DNA of 64,000 bases from assembly GCA_963710605.1 (NCBI GenBank), contig CAVQBA010000004.1:800001-864000 (forward strand). The letters are read 5' to 3'. Position 1 is the first letter of the stretch, and the number at the start of each line of letters is the position of its first letter. This document shows positions 11,555-22,918 of this stretch, one piece after another. This DNA comes from an uncultured cyanobacterium (GTDB taxonomy: Bacteria; Cyanobacteriota; Cyanobacteriia; Cyanobacteriales; Cyanobacteriaceae). The notes under the pieces are model-generated. The model ran no database searches, was not told the origin of the DNA, and saw only the letters and a list, made by a program, of their open reading frames with translations. A program made the translations under genes and the position numbers.

Positions 11555-11980
11555 TTATGAAGGTAACTCCCCGCTTTTGTATTCGTCAGCTACTGTTGCA
11601 ACTAAAGTTATTGCACGTGAAATTTCACTAGCCGACAAATCATCCACAGTACGTTGAGCAGACACTACCACTTGTTCGTTCATAATAGCAAAAGAAGTTT
11701 CAAATGTACTACTCCAATTTAGTTCTAATAACTGACGCATGGTTTGAGATTCGTTATCTAAAGGTAAAGACAAAACGACAGACCAAACTGTAAACAAGTC
11801 ATCACTATTTTCTCCTGTCAGTTGTACAAAAACTTCAACATCACTATATTGAAACTTCCAAAGATGAGCATTCTCATTCTTTTGCACCATCGCACTGTCA
11901 TTTTCTTCTAAGCTATAAATAACAGTTTCAATTTCTTCTTGATGACTCACTTGAGAAGAGTAGGTTTCGGTAGTATCCAT
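11555..11980 (-). CDS. YbjN domain (T3SS chaperone-fold) protein
   Basis: WKFQYSDVEVFVQLTG, LLELNW..TFE, ISRAITLVATVADEY. Confidence 0.8.
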   Translation of the reverse strand: MDTTETYSSQVSHQEEIETVIYSLEENDSAMVQKNENAHLWKFQYSDVEVFVQLTGENSDDLFTVWSVVLSLPLDNESQTMRQLLELNWSSTFETSFAIMNEQVVVSAQRTVDDLSASEISRAITLVATVADEYKSGELPS

Positions 11981-12099
11981 TATTTAAATCTTCGATATTT
12001 GACGTTAAATTCTCAACACTACTTTAGCATTTTCTGCTTATTTTTGGTCTATGTCTTTTGGATAATCTATAACCATGAATGGGGAATTGAGAATAGTTA

Positions 12100-13053
12100 T
12101 TAATTACTGATTACGGTAAACAAAATTACAACACCAAATACTAAACGATACCAAACAAAAACCCATGTACTTTGACGTTGTAAATAACTTATCAACCAAG
12201 CAATAGAGAGATAAGAGAAAATACCCGAAGAGATTAAACCGATAATCAAAGGAATAATTCCAATACTGCCAGCGTCTCCTGTAAAAACATCTTTAAGTTC
12301 AACTAATCCAGCTAAGGTAATAGCGGGAATACCCAAGAGAAAAGAAAATCGAGCCGCCGTCGCTCTTTCTAGATTTAAAAACAACCCAGCGGTAATAGTT
12401 GAGCCTGAACGAGATACTCCCGGTATCAGTGCTAATGATTGAGCAAAACCAATTATAATTCCATCAAGAGTAGTTAGGTTTTCAAAATTGCGTTGATTGT
12501 TACTAATTTTTTCGGCTAATCCTAATAATAATGCCATAACAATTGAAGCGATCGCAATAGTAGTCATGCTACGAAAAGCGGAATTATCTAAGTCAGGAAC
12601 AAATATCTTTAATGATAAACCTAAAATAACGATCGGAATCGTACCAATCAAGATACCTGTAATAATTTTAAACTCTTGAGCTTGATAATTTTTTGTTTTA
12701 AATGCTTTACTAACTCCCTGTGCTAAGTTGCTTAAATCTTGCCAAAAATACCACAAGACAGCGACTATACTACCTAGTTGAATAATAGCGGTAAAAGTTA
12801 CGCCCGGATCGCCCCAACCTAAAGCCACAGGAATGACTTTGAGGTGAGCTGTACTACTAATGGGGATAAATTCTGTTAATCCCTGTACCATGCCCAAGAC
12901 TAAAGCTTGAAAAATATTAATTTCTGTAGTTGAGTTAGTAACTACTGGAGAAAGCGACTGAGATAGACTAATAGAATGAGTTAAACAAACTAACAATATT
13001 CCCCCAGTGATACCCGAAATCAAGGTAAAAAAATCGGAATTAGATTTAGACAT
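12100..13053 (-). CDS. uppP: Undecaprenyl-diphosphate phosphatase
   Basis: QGLTEFIPISSTAH and PGVSRSGSTI motifs. Confidence 0.96.
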   Translation of the reverse strand: MSKSNSDFFTLISGITGGILLVCLTHSISLSQSLSPVVTNSTTEINIFQALVLGMVQGLTEFIPISSTAHLKVIPVALGWGDPGVTFTAIIQLGSIVAVLWYFWQDLSNLAQGVSKAFKTKNYQAQEFKIITGILIGTIPIVILGLSLKIFVPDLDNSAFRSMTTIAIASIVMALLLGLAEKISNNQRNFENLTTLDGIIIGFAQSLALIPGVSRSGSTITAGLFLNLERATAARFSFLLGIPAITLAGLVELKDVFTGDAGSIGIIPLIIGLISSGIFSYLSIAWLISYLQRQSTWVFVWYRLVFGVVILFTVISN

Positions 13054-13093
13054 TGATCAATAAATAGTCAAAATTATCACAACGAGCTTTAGA

Positions 13094-14209
13094 TTATAAC
13101 GTTTTTTGTATTTCTGCTACTTTTTCTAGATTTCCTTGTTGCTCATAAATTGCTTTAGCACGCATGAATAGAGATTGTGCTTCGGCATTACGCCCTCTTT
13201 GTTTTAGAAGTAATCCTAGACGATGATAACCGTGAGGATTTTGGGGTGCTATTTCCACAAAACGACGATAAGCAACAATGGCTTGAATGTAATTTTCTTG
13301 TTGTTCGTAAATTCTGGCAATTCCACCATAAGCAGGTAAGGATTTGTTATCTAAAGCGGATGCTTTTTCATAAGCATTTAGTGCTTTGTCATAATCATTT
13401 AATTGTTCGTAAATAATACCTGTTTTTAAAATTAGTTGAGAATTATCAGGATTAGAAACTGTGAGCATATTTAATTGCTCTAAACCTTTATTTAATTGGT
13501 TTTCTCTTAAATAGGCGGTAGCTAATTTTAGTCTTAAATCTTGGTTTGCTGGAAATGTGTTTAAAGCTGATTCAATAAAATTAATGGCTTGAGTATTTTT
13601 CTTTTGCTGATAAAGTGAGGTTGCCATCAAATCATATGCTGTTTCATTTTTTGGTTGAAGTGCGACAATACGTTCAAAATAGTTTTCTATTTCTTGATAT
13701 TGTTCATTTCTCAGAAGTAAAACGCCTAAAGCAATTAAAGTATCTACATTATCAGGTTGTAATTTTAAGACTTGGTTATAAGTATTTATCGCTTGAGTAT
13801 CTTGTTTCATCTGAGCCAAGCTATAAGCTAAACCATATAAAAAATCAGCATTTTTTGGAGCTAGGGCAACTGCTTTTTCATATGCACCTGCGGCGGCAGG
13901 ATAGTTTTGTGTGGAGGCGTATAAGTAACCCATTCCTGAAAATATTTTAGCATTACGATCGTCGATCGTTGATGCTTGACGATAAGCATTTAATGCATTA
14001 TCTAAATCGCCTTTTTTGACATATTTTCTACCTTGGTTGAGTAACTTAGATAATTTTTCTTGTTGCTGAGAATTTAATCTAGTCGCTCTAATTGCTTCAT
14101 TGTTTGTTTGTGCCAATGAGGAACTATTTAGGCTGACTACGCTTAAACTGCCTAAAAGTAAAGATATAACTAGTTGAGAAATAATTGTCTTACGCACTCG
14201 CTTTAACAA
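13094..14209 (-). CDS. Exported tetratricopeptide-repeat protein
   Basis: Signal peptide followed by multiple TPR repeats. Confidence 0.88.
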   Translation of the reverse strand: MLKRVRKTIISQLVISLLLGSLSVVSLNSSSLAQTNNEAIRATRLNSQQQEKLSKLLNQGRKYVKKGDLDNALNAYRQASTIDDRNAKIFSGMGYLYASTQNYPAAAGAYEKAVALAPKNADFLYGLAYSLAQMKQDTQAINTYNQVLKLQPDNVDTLIALGVLLLRNEQYQEIENYFERIVALQPKNETAYDLMATSLYQQKKNTQAINFIESALNTFPANQDLRLKLATAYLRENQLNKGLEQLNMLTVSNPDNSQLILKTGIIYEQLNDYDKALNAYEKASALDNKSLPAYGGIARIYEQQENYIQAIVAYRRFVEIAPQNPHGYHRLGLLLKQRGRNAEAQSLFMRAKAIYEQQGNLEKVAEIQKTL

Positions 14210-14473
14210 ACTCCATTTAACTTAAAGATTCTTAATATTAACATACAACTGTCAATTTTACGCATAAAAAAAATCTTAAAAATAACTTTTTTTGAGCCGA
14301 TCGATTAGTCGTATAGCATAATACCTATTAGAGAGTATCTAATACTAGTTAAGTAATTGATCATAAATAATAAAGACATAGTAATACTACGTCTTTATAT
14401 TAAAAAAAAGTTATCGATTTAAGCTGTTTATTTTTTAAGCCTGATTTTAAATCTATTTTTTAAACTCAATAAT

Positions 14474-15130
14474 TTACAAATAATTTTTTGCTTCCTGAGC
14501 GACAAGATTAGATTCATCTTCAGCTAAACTAATTAAAGTTTTTTGAGCTTCATCTCCGCCTAATTTACCTAAAGCTTGAGCTAAACGATGACGTACTTGC
14601 CAATCTGTATTGTCAGCAAACCCAACCAGCAAATCAACTGCTTTATGATTGCCTAACTCACCTAAAGCACTAATAGCTGTAGTTTGTAATAATGCGTTAT
14701 CAGATTCTAGTGCCTCTTTTAACAAATCAAAACCGTCTTCGTGTCCTAATTCTCCTAAGGCGGCTAAAATACTAAATTGAATCAGCCAGTCAGAAGTATC
14801 GTTATAAACTTTTTTTAAATCAGGAAAAGCTTGGGTAAGTTTTAACCCACCAATAGCATCAGCGGCGGCGGCACGGACATCAGATTCAGGATCATTGTAT
14901 AATCTCTCTTTAATTATTTCTAATGATTCTTCCTTATTGACATCACCTAAAGTATCCATTTGAGAAACAGCCGCATATCTTACTCTAACATTGTCATCTT
15001 TAACAAGGGGTTTAATCAATTCGTAAGCTGTTTTTTTGTCAATATTTCTCAATTCATTGATACCCTTGATACGCTCACCAAAATCTTCAGAATAAAGTAG
15101 TTGTTTAATTGATTCAGGAGTAAGACTCAT
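14474..15130 (-). CDS. nblB: Phycobilisome degradation HEAT-repeat protein NblB
   Basis: LLYSEDFGERI, VRYAAVSQ, DVRAAAADAIG, DWQVR HEAT motifs. Confidence 0.85.
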   Translation of the reverse strand: MSLTPESIKQLLYSEDFGERIKGINELRNIDKKTAYELIKPLVKDDNVRVRYAAVSQMDTLGDVNKEESLEIIKERLYNDPESDVRAAAADAIGGLKLTQAFPDLKKVYNDTSDWLIQFSILAALGELGHEDGFDLLKEALESDNALLQTTAISALGELGNHKAVDLLVGFADNTDWQVRHRLAQALGKLGGDEAQKTLISLAEDESNLVAQEAKNYL

Positions 15131-15195
15131 ATTATCTAATTTCTTTATTAAAAATTGTTTATAATTCCATTGTAATACTTATCAACTATTTATAG

Positions 15196-15293
15196 TTTAG
15201 GTGTTAGTTGTTAGGTATTAGGTAGATAATAATTGACAATTGACAATTGATAATTGATAATTAACAGTTTTTACTCATTACTCATTACTCATT
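15196..15293. repeat. Heptamer tandem repeats (TTAGGTR, ATTGACA/ATTGATA, TTACTCA)
   Basis: Direct reading of intergenic region. Confidence 0.8.
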
Positions 15294-15750
15294 ATTCCAG
15301 TGCCATTTCTCTAATAATATCGCCTTGAGTAACAATTCCAATTACCTTACCTTGATTATCGATTACAGGAAGACGACGAATCTCTTTATGATGTAAAATT
15401 TGAGCTGCTTCTTTGACTTTACGGTTACTTTTAATCGTAATTGGTTTTTCACTCATTACATCGCCAACAGTTTGCCCTAATGCTTTATGTATTTGTTTTT
15501 CGTAATGCTTAGGGTTTTGTAGATAGATAATGCTATCAAGTATCATAATGTATGGTGGTGGTTCAACACCGCTTTCTTGCCACATTAAGTCACTTTCTGA
15601 TAGCATTCCGACTAAATTATCATCTTCATCTACCACAGGTAAACCACTAATTTTATGTTTAGCTAGAATTGCGATCGCATCACTCAAGTTAGTTGTTGGC
15701 GTTACAGTAATAGGCGTAGGAGTCATGACATCGAGAATAGTTTTATCCAT
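15292..15750 (-). CDS. CBS-pair protein
   Basis: ISGLPVVD and IRRLPVID CBS motifs. Confidence 0.92.
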   Translation of the reverse strand: MDKTILDVMTPTPITVTPTTNLSDAIAILAKHKISGLPVVDEDDNLVGMLSESDLMWQESGVEPPPYIMILDSIIYLQNPKHYEKQIHKALGQTVGDVMSEKPITIKSNRKVKEAAQILHHKEIRRLPVIDNQGKVIGIVTQGDIIREMALE

Positions 15751-15999
15751 AATGAAATTAGTGTTTGAAGGAGCGATTTGTTAATCATTTTATCAAGAAT
15801 TAACCAGAACACGGCTAAATCGTTTCAATTATTTACCCGCTCAAGATACAATGAGCAATGAATAACAAATGTTTAATCGATCATGCAATCTTTTATTAAT
15901 TATGAATAAAATGCTGTATGATGCGAAAACACTTGAGTTTCAAACCTTTACTGTTTATAAACTTTAACTTGAGTTGATTTTTATTAAAGATAAATTTGA

Positions 16000-17112
16000 A
16001 TGCACATAGCTTGGCTAGGAAAAAAATCCCCTTTTTGTGGCAATGTTACTTACAGCAGAGAGATTACTAATTGTCTGATAACTAGAGGCTATCAGGTAAG
16101 TTTTCTTCATTTTAGCCAAGATGATGATGATTCTTCTACTCAGGAAAATTATGTTGCTGAGGTTAATCTTCCGTTTTTATACAAATCGCAAATTTATACA
16201 ATTCCCGCTCCTAAATCGACTAAAATTTTATTACAAGCACTGAAGAAGTTAAAACCTGATTTAGTTCATGCTTCTTTGACTTTGTCTCCTCTCGATTTTA
16301 CTTTACCTGAAATTTGCCACAAACTAAATATTCCTTTAGTCGCTACTTTTCATCCACCTTTTGATAGTCGTTTACGTAATCTAAAATCTAGTACTCAATA
16401 TCTAACTTATCAGTTATATGCTCCTTGTCTTGCTAAGTATCATAAAACGATCGTTTTTTCACAAATGCAAAAAGATTTATTAGTTAAGTTAGGTGTACCT
16501 CAAAACAAGCTAGAAATTATTCCTAATGGCGTTGATACTCAAAAATATACTACAGGTTATTCTTATTTTAAGCATCAATATCTGCATCAACAATTGTTTG
16601 TTTATCAGGGAAGAATAGCTGTCGAAAAAAACATTGAATCTTTACTCAAAGCATGGAAACAATGTTCAATGGGAGAAAATGCCAAGTTATTAATGATGGG
16701 CGATGGGCATTTAAGTCCTAATCTAAAACCGATTTATAATCAAGATGAGGGGATTATTTGGCTAGGTACGATCGTTGATGAAGAAAAAAGAATTGATATT
16801 TTACGTAGTGCTGATGTATTTATTTTGCCTTCTTTGGTCGAAGGATTATCATTATCATTACTAGAAGCAATGGCTTGTGGCTTAGCTTGTGTTGCGACTG
16901 ACGCAGGTGCTGATGGAGAAGTTTTAGCTAAAGCAGGAATAGTCCTTGATACCCATGATGTCACCAGTCAATTAAAAACCATTTTACCCTTATTTTCTCA
17001 CCATCCTGAAATGAGTATTATGTTAGGTAAAAAAGCTAGACAAAGAGTTTTGGATAAATATACCCTAAGCGGTAATGTAACTAAATTAGAACAACTTTAT
17101 CGACGATTATAA
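16000..17112 (+). CDS. dgdA: GT4 glycosyltransferase, digalactosyldiacylglycerol synthase DgdA-like
   Basis: N-terminus MHIAWLGKKSPFCGNVTY typical of cyanobacterial DgdA; EGLSLSLLEAMACG GT4 motif. Confidence 0.8.
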   Translation: MHIAWLGKKSPFCGNVTYSREITNCLITRGYQVSFLHFSQDDDDSSTQENYVAEVNLPFLYKSQIYTIPAPKSTKILLQALKKLKPDLVHASLTLSPLDFTLPEICHKLNIPLVATFHPPFDSRLRNLKSSTQYLTYQLYAPCLAKYHKTIVFSQMQKDLLVKLGVPQNKLEIIPNGVDTQKYTTGYSYFKHQYLHQQLFVYQGRIAVEKNIESLLKAWKQCSMGENAKLLMMGDGHLSPNLKPIYNQDEGIIWLGTIVDEEKRIDILRSADVFILPSLVEGLSLSLLEAMACGLACVATDAGADGEVLAKAGIVLDTHDVTSQLKTILPLFSHHPEMSIMLGKKARQRVLDKYTLSGNVTKLEQLYRRL

Positions 17113-17135
17113 ATAGTTAATAATTAATAGCTACA

Positions 17136-17170
17136 CAGCATTTGGGCTGATAACAAAACACCAAATGCTG
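17136..17170. terminator. Hairpin between convergent genes
   Basis: CAGCATTTGG..CCAAATGCTG inverted repeat. Confidence 0.6.
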
Positions 17171-17213
17171 ATTCTTATATTCTAACTTCATGATTAATTA
17201 TTAATTCTCTAAA

Positions 17214-20200
17214 CTAGCTAAAAAAGAAACTAGCACTGTTAGCAGAAGCTAAACTACTTCCTTCAACACCTAAGTGGCTAGAATTCAAATCATTAACATC
17301 GACTAAAGTTGCTAACAAACTACCAGTTGCAAAATTATTATCTTCTGCAATACCATTACCGATGAATAGATTAGTATCATCACCAACCACTTGAACATCG
17401 ATAAAAGGTATTCTTTTAAAGTACAACAAATCAATACCTGTTTCAAAATCGAAAATAGTATCTTGACCTTCATCAACTTTGTATTCTACGGTATCAACAA
17501 AACCATCATTTGTTCCTAAAAATAGCTGATCATCACCTTGTCCACCCTTTAAAGTGTCATTTCCTTTGTTACCGATTAATGTATCGTCGCCATTGTTACC
17601 AGATAAATAATTGTTTTTATCGTTACCGATAATTTCTTCATTATAACTACTACCACTACCGTTAATGTTATTATTACCTGTTAAAACTAGTTTTTCTATA
17701 TGATCTCTTAATCGATAAGAAGCAGAACTTATAACAGTATCTGTACCTTGGTCTGATCTTTCTACAACTAGATCATTTGTTTCATCTACATAATATAAGT
17801 CGTCACCTCGTCCACCAATCATTCGATCAACATCAATACCACCGTCTATAGTATCATTACCATCTAAAGTCATTAAAAAATCTTGACCTTCATAAGTACT
17901 AATTAGATTATCAGCTTTGTTACCCTTAATCCTGTTATCAAGAGAATTTCCTAATCCATTTAAATTATCTGTACCCTGTAAGGTTAAATCTTCAAAGTTA
18001 CTAGGTAAAGTATAATCGACCGAACTATTGACTTTATCTAAACCTTCATCTGGTTTTTCAATAATAAGATCATCTTGATTATCTATGTAATAAGTATCAT
18101 TTCCTAATCCGCCACTCATCGTATCACGACCAATATCACCATCTAGAATATCATTTCCTTCATTTCCTTCTAGCCAATCGTTACCTTTTTGCCCGTCTAA
18201 TTTGTTTGTTACATTATTTCCTATTAATGTATTGTTTGCATTATTACCGTAACCGGTAATCTTCTTATTTCCTGTCAAAATCAGTGTTTCTAGGTTGTTG
18301 CGCATACGATAATCAACTGAAGTAAATACTGTATCTAAACCTTGATTAGGTTCTTCTTTAACAAAATCACTTCTACTGGTCAACATAATAAGTATCGTTC
18401 CCGTTTCCACCAATTAATCGATCGACTTGTGTACCACCATCAAGGGTATCATCCCCACCGTTACCAACTAAAGTATCTTTACCTGCTAAACCTTCTATTT
18501 TTTGACTTTCGTCATTACCAGTTAGTGAATCATCTCCACTTGTACCAATAAGTGTATTAGGAGGTAGGGTTGGTTCAGTTGGTTCGGTTGGTGGTTCAGT
18601 TGGTTCGGTTGGTGGTTCAATTGGTGGTTCGGTTGGTGGTTCAATTAGCTCGGTTGGTTCAAAGGTATTATTAATGATATATTGCCCTAAGCTACCATAA
18701 TCACTATAACCACTTGGATTACTTGATAAGGGATTTCCTGTACCAACTCCATCAATTTTTAAATAATAAGTACCTGAATCTAGAGACAAATCAGTAAACT
18801 CAGCCCAAAGATAATCTGTCGGGTTAGATTGAGCAACTAATGAATCTGAATCATCATAAATTCCGGCCCAAATATCCAAGTTAGAACCGTAGCTGGTGAA
18901 ATATTCAGTGTCATAGTTATTACCATTAGTAATGTAAGCACGAGAAGCAGAAGTAATATTTAAAGAAATAACTCCAGCACCAACTGTGAATTTGAAAACA
19001 TCAAGATCATCGTTACGTTCAATAATCCCAAATGTTCGATCGCTATTCAAAACTAAATCGGTAGCTGAATTGTTGGCATCACCATGATCATCCTCACGAT
19101 AACTAAAGCCGTTACCATTAGCAATAACATCTAAGTCATCTTGATTTTCAGTTCCACCGTAATATGAACTACCACGACTCCATTGAGTTACGTTTTCGTC
19201 ATAGCCGATAAAACCTGCACCCATAATTGGAGCCCAGCTTGTTTCACCTCTAGTATGTCCAGCATAATATTGTGAAGAGTTTTGACCATCATGGCGTAAG
19301 TTTAGAGCATGACCTACTTCATGAGAAATAGTTTCTCCTCCTGCATAAGCACTACTGTTAAATACTAAAGCAACTTCATCCGAGCCCCAGTTAAAACTGT
19401 TGTAATAAGCAGTACCACCACCACCTGCGTTTTGAATATTTTGATTAGTATCAAGATTAAGATTTTTAGTGATTGCGACTCGAATACCCCAAGTGGGATC
19501 GTTATAACTGGTTCTTTTTAAATCGTTTAAATCGGTTGGCTCTTCGGTAGTAACGTTGATGTTAAAAGGAGCAAAATCTTCGGCTACTCTTCGCCACATT
19601 TTTTGAATATTATTTAATTCTGAGTCGCTAAAGTTATTTGCATCGCTATCAGTACTATAAGCTCTTAATCTCAAAGAATTATTATCTTCCCAAGTACTAT
19701 TTGGTGAATAATGACCATCAAAATCTAAATAGATTGTATGGTTAGCGGTAGGGTTACTATGCAATTTAAAAATATTGCTATTATCGATTGTTGTTTCCAG
19801 TGTGGGATTATTGCTAGCTACTTCTGCTTGATTTGATTCGTCTTCATCATCAGCTAGAGGATAAAAACAGGCTTCACAATTACAATTATTGTCATGAATA
19901 TGATTATCCAAATGAGATTCAAAACTACCTACATTTAAAGAAATAGGAGTACGGTTTTGAGTATCTGATTCTAGACTAGATTGATTATTGTTTAGTTGTG
20001 TTTCGATCATTGTTATTATTTCTGATAAAGATGTCTTTTGTAAAAGTTGTTCGTTGATGTATAAAGTTTGTGCTTCTAAAGCATAATCTGTGTTGGTATT
20101 ACCAAAAAATTGTTCTGAGACGATTGCTACTTTTGTTGAGGATAGTATTTCGTTTGGTAATTGATTGATTTGTTGTTGCCAATTATTGATGTCTATATTA

Positions 20201-20334
20201 CTGTCTTCTTGAGCAAAACTTTCTAAGTTAAGAAAAAATAAATTTAAATCTTCAAATTCTTGGATTAAATAATTTTCTAAATTTGTTGTCTCAATATTTA
20301 TTTCTTGGCTTTTATCTAGACTTAGATTCTGCAT
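17214..20334 (-). CDS. Secreted zinc metalloprotease with RTX Ca-binding repeats, split by a +1 frameshift near 18378
   Basis: HEVGHALNLRH metzincin motif, IMG Met-turn, PTEP linker, GGxGxD repeats; one-base removal joins DTYYVD to SRSDFVKE giving 1039 aa. Confidence 0.85.
18569..18660 (-). repeat. Coding Pro-Thr-Glu linker repeat (9/12-bp units)
   Basis: GGTTCGGTT/GGTGGTTCA repeats encoding EPPTEP. Confidence 0.85.
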
Positions 20335-20855
20335 ACTAACTAAATATTTATTTTTTGCTGTCTATGTTAGTTTCCCTATTTTGCTAAAAAAATACATCGG
20401 TGCAAATAACTATATTTTGTTGTGATCTTTAACACAATTATTTTGAGTTCACGGATATAACATTGGTAAGCTGTAATCAATATCAACAAATATCTATCCC
20501 TTGAGTACCGAATATCTATCTAAGGGTTTATTTTTTAAAAAATTACTATCTACCTTATTGTGTACGTATTACTACTTACATATTATTACGTAGCTTTATA
20601 TTAAAAGAATAAATTACTGATTAATAAATCAAGATATTTCACTCATAACAACAAAAATAAGTTTCACTACCGACAATAAAATGGTTGTTTTCAAAACAAT
20701 AACAATCTTAAATTTAGGGTAAGAAACGATTTCCCTTTGAGAAAATTGAATTATTACGATCGTAACAATTCAATAATCGGTATTCAAATTAATATTTTTT
20801 GATTTCATCTTCTGAGCAGTATAGTTTAGATCAGATGATCACAACTACTTAAACG

Positions 20856-21851
20856 TTAATCAATAATTTGGGTCAATAAAGATTGAAGAACTTCTGTTTT
20901 TAATCTAGCACCGTAGTTGCCGACTAGAGTTGCCGATGCACTAGAAGCAAGTTTTCCCGCTTGTGTCCAACTCAAACCATTGGTAATACCATAAAGTAAA
21001 CAACCTGCATACATATCTCCTGCCCCAATAGTATCAATGGCAGTAACTTCAAACGCAGGGATTTCAATTAATTCATTCCCATTGTAGATTAGTGAACCGT
21101 TTTTACCCCTAGTAATGGCAAAACAATTAGCGATCGTTTTCAAGTATGCGATCGCATCTTCAATTTTATCACTCTGAGCTATTTTTAAAGCTTCTAATTC
21201 ATTAGCGAATAATAAATCAACTCCATCGCCAATAATCGCCTGTATATTATCCCGAAAAAAATCAACCATATTCGGATCAGATAAAGAAAAAGCAGTTTTA
21301 ATCTTTGCTTGTTGGGCATATTTTTTAGCTGTAAGAGCAGTTTCTAAAGCGGTTGAGGAGGTAACTAAATAGCCCTCTATGTAAATGTATTCTGAGTCAG
21401 TTATAGCTTGTTTATTTAATTGTTCGGGAGCTAATTCGCTGGTAATCCCTAAAAAAGTTCCCATAGTTCGATCGGCATCTGGAGTTATCAAGACAAGACA
21501 TTTACCAGTAATTCCAGTAGGGCGATTATCTTTAGTCAAATTAGTATCTAAACCACAATCAACTAAGTCTTGTAAATAAAACGTTCCCATCTGATCATTA
21601 GCCGCCTTACAACAATAAAAACCTTTTCCTCCCAATTGACTTATGGCTACTAAAGTATTTGCCGCCGAACCGCCACTAGATTTTTTGGTAGCCGCATGAA
21701 GAGTTTCAATTACCTTAAATTGTTGTTGCTCATCCATCAATGTCATTACTCCTTTATCTATACCTAAAGTCGTTAATTGTTGAGGAGTTACGGTATATTC
21801 TAAATCAACTAAAGCATTACCGATACCGTAAACATTATATTTTTTATTCAT
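20856..21851 (-). CDS. PfkB family carbohydrate/adenosine kinase
   Basis: GNALVD, GGSAANT, DTIGAGD motifs. Confidence 0.92.
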   Translation of the reverse strand: MNKKYNVYGIGNALVDLEYTVTPQQLTTLGIDKGVMTLMDEQQQFKVIETLHAATKKSSGGSAANTLVAISQLGGKGFYCCKAANDQMGTFYLQDLVDCGLDTNLTKDNRPTGITGKCLVLITPDADRTMGTFLGITSELAPEQLNKQAITDSEYIYIEGYLVTSSTALETALTAKKYAQQAKIKTAFSLSDPNMVDFFRDNIQAIIGDGVDLLFANELEALKIAQSDKIEDAIAYLKTIANCFAITRGKNGSLIYNGNELIEIPAFEVTAIDTIGAGDMYAGCLLYGITNGLSWTQAGKLASSASATLVGNYGARLKTEVLQSLLTQIID

Positions 21852-22103
21852 CTTATTTATAATTAGCTACCAAAAATTTATCTTATAGTACTGAGTACTG
21901 GTATTGATTATAAATTGATAATCTTTGCTTAAATTATGATTGATTGTATAGTAGGATACACTTATTTATTAAGTTAGTGAGAATATTATCAACATAAATC
22001 GAAAACGATCGTCAATAATTAATAATAAAGACGTTACTTGTAACGTCTTGGTTTAAATATTTAAAAAGAAGAACTATATTTTTGATAACAATCGCTCAAA
22101 TGT

Positions 22104-22514
22104 TTAGCAATCGCTTAAATATTCGGATTTAATATAAACACTTGCTGGTGACTCAATTGGTACCCAACCGTCATATCCTTCATTAGCAATGATTACTTGT
22201 TGACCTTTATTGAAAGTACCCACTACTTCTCCGCCTGTAGGTTCGCTTACTACAGATACATTTTCTGTATTTACTTGACGACAATTACTTCCTTTTACTG
22301 TAACAACGCTTTCTCCTTCTACTGTGGGTTCACTTTCTCCTTCTACTACTGTTGTAACGTTTTCTTCTACTACTGTAGGCTCAGTTTCTTCAGTAATCTC
22401 AGTTTGTGTCTGTGAAGTCTCTGTTTCGCTTGGTGAACAGGCAGTTATTGTTGAAAATAAAATAGTACCTAAGACGATTGTACTAATGAACCTAGCTTTG
22501 CGATAATTATTCAT
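22104..22514 (-). CDS. Lipoprotein with one Cys-bracketed SH3b-like domain
   Basis: Lipobox ITAC; SNCRQV..GQQVIIANEGYDGWVPIESP..YL.DC. Confidence 0.8.
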   Translation of the reverse strand: MNNYRKARFISTIVLGTILFSTITACSPSETETSQTQTEITEETEPTVVEENVTTVVEGESEPTVEGESVVTVKGSNCRQVNTENVSVVSEPTGGEVVGTFNKGQQVIIANEGYDGWVPIESPASVYIKSEYLSDC

Positions 22515-22668
22515 ACCGATTACCTCTATCTAAAAAAATATTTACAAGCAAAAATATACAAGATAAATAAACAAAAAACTAAAGTAAATTTATCTTTATA
22601 ATTAATTTAAAATATACGTTATTTACAATATATATTTGATATTGTAATTAATTCAGCTTTTATAAATA

Positions 22669-22684
22669 TCTTCCCGGAGTTAGA
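22669..22684 (-). promoter_or_regulatory. Unassigned 16-bp quasi-palindrome 22 bp from a TACAAT -10 box
   Basis: TCTTCCCGGAGTTAGA; -10 at 22641-22646 on minus strand. Confidence 0.5.
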
Positions 22685-22761
22685 TTTATCGCTACGAAGT
22701 AACATAAACAGGTTGCAGAGCATTGCCTTTTGACAAATTATGAGTACATAAATTTAAGATA

Positions 22762-22790
22762 GTAGGGAGGTTATAATGTAACGTCCCTAC
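22762..22790. repeat. GTAG-type REP-like palindrome
   Basis: GTAGGGAGGTTATAATGTAACGTCCCTAC. Confidence 0.6.
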
Positions 22791-22918
22791 AGCTAATCTA
22801 ATGAGTAATTATAAAGTAATTTAACTATAAGACAATACTTTTAATTCTAAAATAATAATTTAAAAAGTAAGTGTCATTTTCTTGATTACAATCGATGAGC
22901 ATATACTAACAATTCGAT

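Noticed and set aside
16000-17112. Call as sqdX
   Set aside because: N-terminus fits DgdA-type, not the FTETFLPK start of SqdX
20562-20575. GTA-N8-TAC match upstream of the RTX protease
   Set aside because: Lacks typical flanks and a suitably spaced -10; likely chance
21886-21901. LexA-like box AGTACTGAGTACT
   Set aside because: Spacing does not fit the cyanobacterial RGTAC-N3-DGTWCB consensus
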